From Raillietiella orientalis (Eukaryota): a stretch of DNA of 64,000 bases. Within the stretch, counting starts at the first letter, position 1; each line of letters begins with the position of its first letter. The stretch is from contig JAYWIR010000018.1 in the NCBI GenBank assembly GCA_036172245.1, forward strand, positions 1,674,001-1,738,000, written 5' to 3'. A program made the position numbers and the translations under genes. Below are positions 61,747 through 64,000 of this stretch, in pieces. The notes under the pieces were generated by a model that saw only the letters and a program-made list of their open reading frames with translations, did not search any database and was not told where the DNA came from.

Positions 61747-62110
61747 TTGATGAGATGATTGGTCGATCAGTTTGCGTTACATATGTACGGGGGGGGGGAG
61801 GAGAGATTGCCCTAAGAAACCTCCGAAGAAAGATGCCGATGTCCATCCCATGGAAATGGTTGTTTACTTACTGGCAGTGAGGCATCTGCAACTCCGGTGG
61901 GTAGGTGGATGGAGGGCGAATGTGGGAGGAGGAAAACAGCTTGCTCTGCAGCACTCTCCGTGCTCGTCCAAGAAGACTCGGGCTGTGGTGGTTTCTGTCG
62001 CCTTCAGAGGAATCGCCAGTCTCCTACGAATGGGAACGCAGCGTTGGTTTTGCCGCGTCCTTGCGGACGGGAAGCAGCTTCCTGGATGGCGTGGCCCTCA
62101 AGCTATAGGC
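61747..62110 (+). mobile_element. Family B internal fragment, near-identical to 57999-58362(-)
   Basis: Near-identical ORF-track peptides in both places (e.g. MDGGRMWEEENSLLCSTLRARPRRLGLWWFLSP). Confidence 0.85.
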
Positions 62111-62179
62111 AGAAGACGAACAGAGCGTCACTTTCCTTCCTCTCCACCTACCACCGGTCGGGTGAAGGTTCTGCAAAAT

Positions 62180-62858
62180 GTCAGGAGTCGGAATACTCCT
62201 GGACAGCCTCAAGACCAACGGGCGGGTTGATGAACGCTGCCACTCCTCGTTTCCAGACAAAGAGACTCCTTCAGCGGAGTGACCAGTTTGGTGTGCCCTC
62301 CCACCGAAGAACCCGTGGTGTCTTCCCTGTGTGCGGATACCTCTTGTTGGGCTGCAGTGCCATCGAGGACCATGTGGCGGAGACTCGCTTCGGAGCTCCG
62401 ACAACCGCAGGACACTGCATTGGACTTGCTGCGACGCTTCCTCACCGGAGGCGGGCTGAAGAAGGGCGCTGCGATCCCAATAATCTGTTGCATGAGCGTC
62501 ATAATGACAGCCTGCTATGTGTTGGAGTCAGGTTCGCGGCGAAGAGAGGCCACCAGCATGGCAGCAGTCCTCATGAGGGCAGCAGCAAGGCGGTCTCATG
62601 CGCCACAAGAAGTCTCCAGGGAGATCGCCACCATCGACAGCCGCTTTTAAAGAGGAAGGAACGTCACATACCAAAGACCTCGGTCCCCACCCTCCCGTCT
62701 TTTTTTATTTATTCATTGCCCCCTCCTTCCGCTCCCTACTTATTGGGAGCTGGCCTGCGTGCCGCTGATTATCCCGAATGAATGCCTTTTGGGGGGAGGG
62801 GGAGAGCGCATCTCTTGTATTAAGAGGACACTACTTCCCTCTGACTTGTTTATTTTTT
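62180..62858 (+). mobile_element. Family A subfamily A2 3' fragment
   Basis: GGLMNAATPRFQTKRLL and CCMSVIMTACYVLESGSRRREATSMAAVLMRAAARRSHAPQEVSREIATIDSRF* are homologous to 9790-10305. Confidence 0.75.
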
Positions 62859-63200
62859 TCAATAAACGTCCCGGCGTCACCGGGCCTTACTCGACCTATC
62901 CACCCACCGGAGCTTGGCGGGAAGCTGAGGAAACGGGCAGGAACGGCCGTGATCCTCCCGCCCGCCTCCGTGAACTCACCCGACGTGCGCGATCACCAAG
63001 ACAACCTTTGGGTTCCTCCCTCCTTTCAGTTCCGACACTTCTGGAGAATGCCAGAGCAGAAGGGAATAGGTGACCGCTAGGGCGAAAGAGGATCAACGAT
63101 GAAGACCTGTTGGGTGCGCTTGTAGCACGAGAGGGGGAAGGGATTAGGGGATTTCGTTGACAAGCGCGACTTTTCGGGTTAGCTGGCTCCTTCCTTCCTG
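62859..63200 (-). mobile_element. Family B 3' fragment (NPKSRAC..LILFR..ERREEP..RRDVY*); may extend further toward the window end
   Basis: LFR and RREEP match the 1426-1698 peptide; the stop TGA at 62859-62861 abuts the A2 tail. Confidence 0.55.
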
Positions 63201-64000
63201 GCGAACCCCCGAGGATTCCAAGAGTTCCCGGGAGAATTCCTCCATTATTATCGGCTGACTGCTGCGACCCGAACGGATGCGTTCGGCAGACCACTCCTCC
63301 GCTTGGGAGTCACTTCCGGTGCGCGGCCTCCAACGAGAGGCACAGGCGCATCTTTTCCCTGAAGGACGCGCGCGCGTTTTCGAAGAACGTGACTCACTCT
63401 CGAAACAGAATCCTCTTCCCTTTTCCCGGAGAAAGCAGAAGGTGGAAAGGTAGGAAGTACAAGGAAGCTCCATGAAATCGGAGGTCCTATCCAACGCCCT
63501 TCCAGCTTTGACTTTTCGGCTCCCGTCTTCCCCCATCGAGGAAAGCTCAGTACATGCTGTCTCCGGGAAACAGCAGTCCCTGCGGGCCTTGTTCCTATTT
63601 CAGAGAAAAACACGTCGGAAGCCTCAGCGTCAAGCGGGGAGTTCTCGTCCCTGCCTCCGACGATGCGACTTCAAAGGGAACGCCACAAAGTCAAAATCAA
63701 CCCCATCATAACCACCGAGGAATTCTGGATGAAAGCAAACAAAAAGCCTGGGAGGATCCCAATTGGCATGCAACAATGCGAAGGCCCAAAAAATGAAAAT
63801 TGGAGGCACAGGAAATCATCCTGATCAATCACCATGATAATTGGAGATCCCTAAAGCAGAAGAGGAGGAGGAGGAGGTCTTGTTCCAAAATCATCGACAT
63901 GAGGTACCCGAACGAACATTCAAAGAATCTGTTGTTCATGTCATTTCGATTCCTCCCTACTGTTCCCTGGAGATGTCTCTGACTGAAATTCCTCCCAAAT

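Noticed and set aside
1..64000. Prokaryotic systems (CRISPR arrays, retrons, operons) and rRNA genes
   Set aside because: No regularly spaced repeats or rRNA signatures seen; spliceosomal introns and LINE-type RT motifs indicate a eukaryotic nuclear locus.

Overview
Eukaryotic (probably invertebrate metazoan) GC-rich DNA with spliceosomal introns. It contains one clear host gene: a 5-coding-exon Pim-family Ser/Thr kinase on the + strand (19401-24297, 322 aa), in a largely TE-free island. The rest is dominated by decayed L1/Tx1-type non-LTR retrotransposon fragments, none intact. The main unexpected pattern involves two different ORF2-like families. Family A has a recognisable RT (AFADD), a C-terminal CCHC finger and a structured 3' UTR. 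Family B is a far more divergent ORF2-like protein ending in approximately (L/M)RxGVY(L)*. The two recur tail-to-tail at seven junctions (near 1698, 6368, 10630, 25820, 41200, 59145 and 62860) across diverged subfamilies, with overlapping reciprocal poly(A) signals. This suggests either a bipartite convergent retroelement, possibly pairing an active RT with a catalytically dead RT paralog, or strict mutual targeting. All alignments were made by eye, no searches were run, and boundaries of decayed fragments are approximate.
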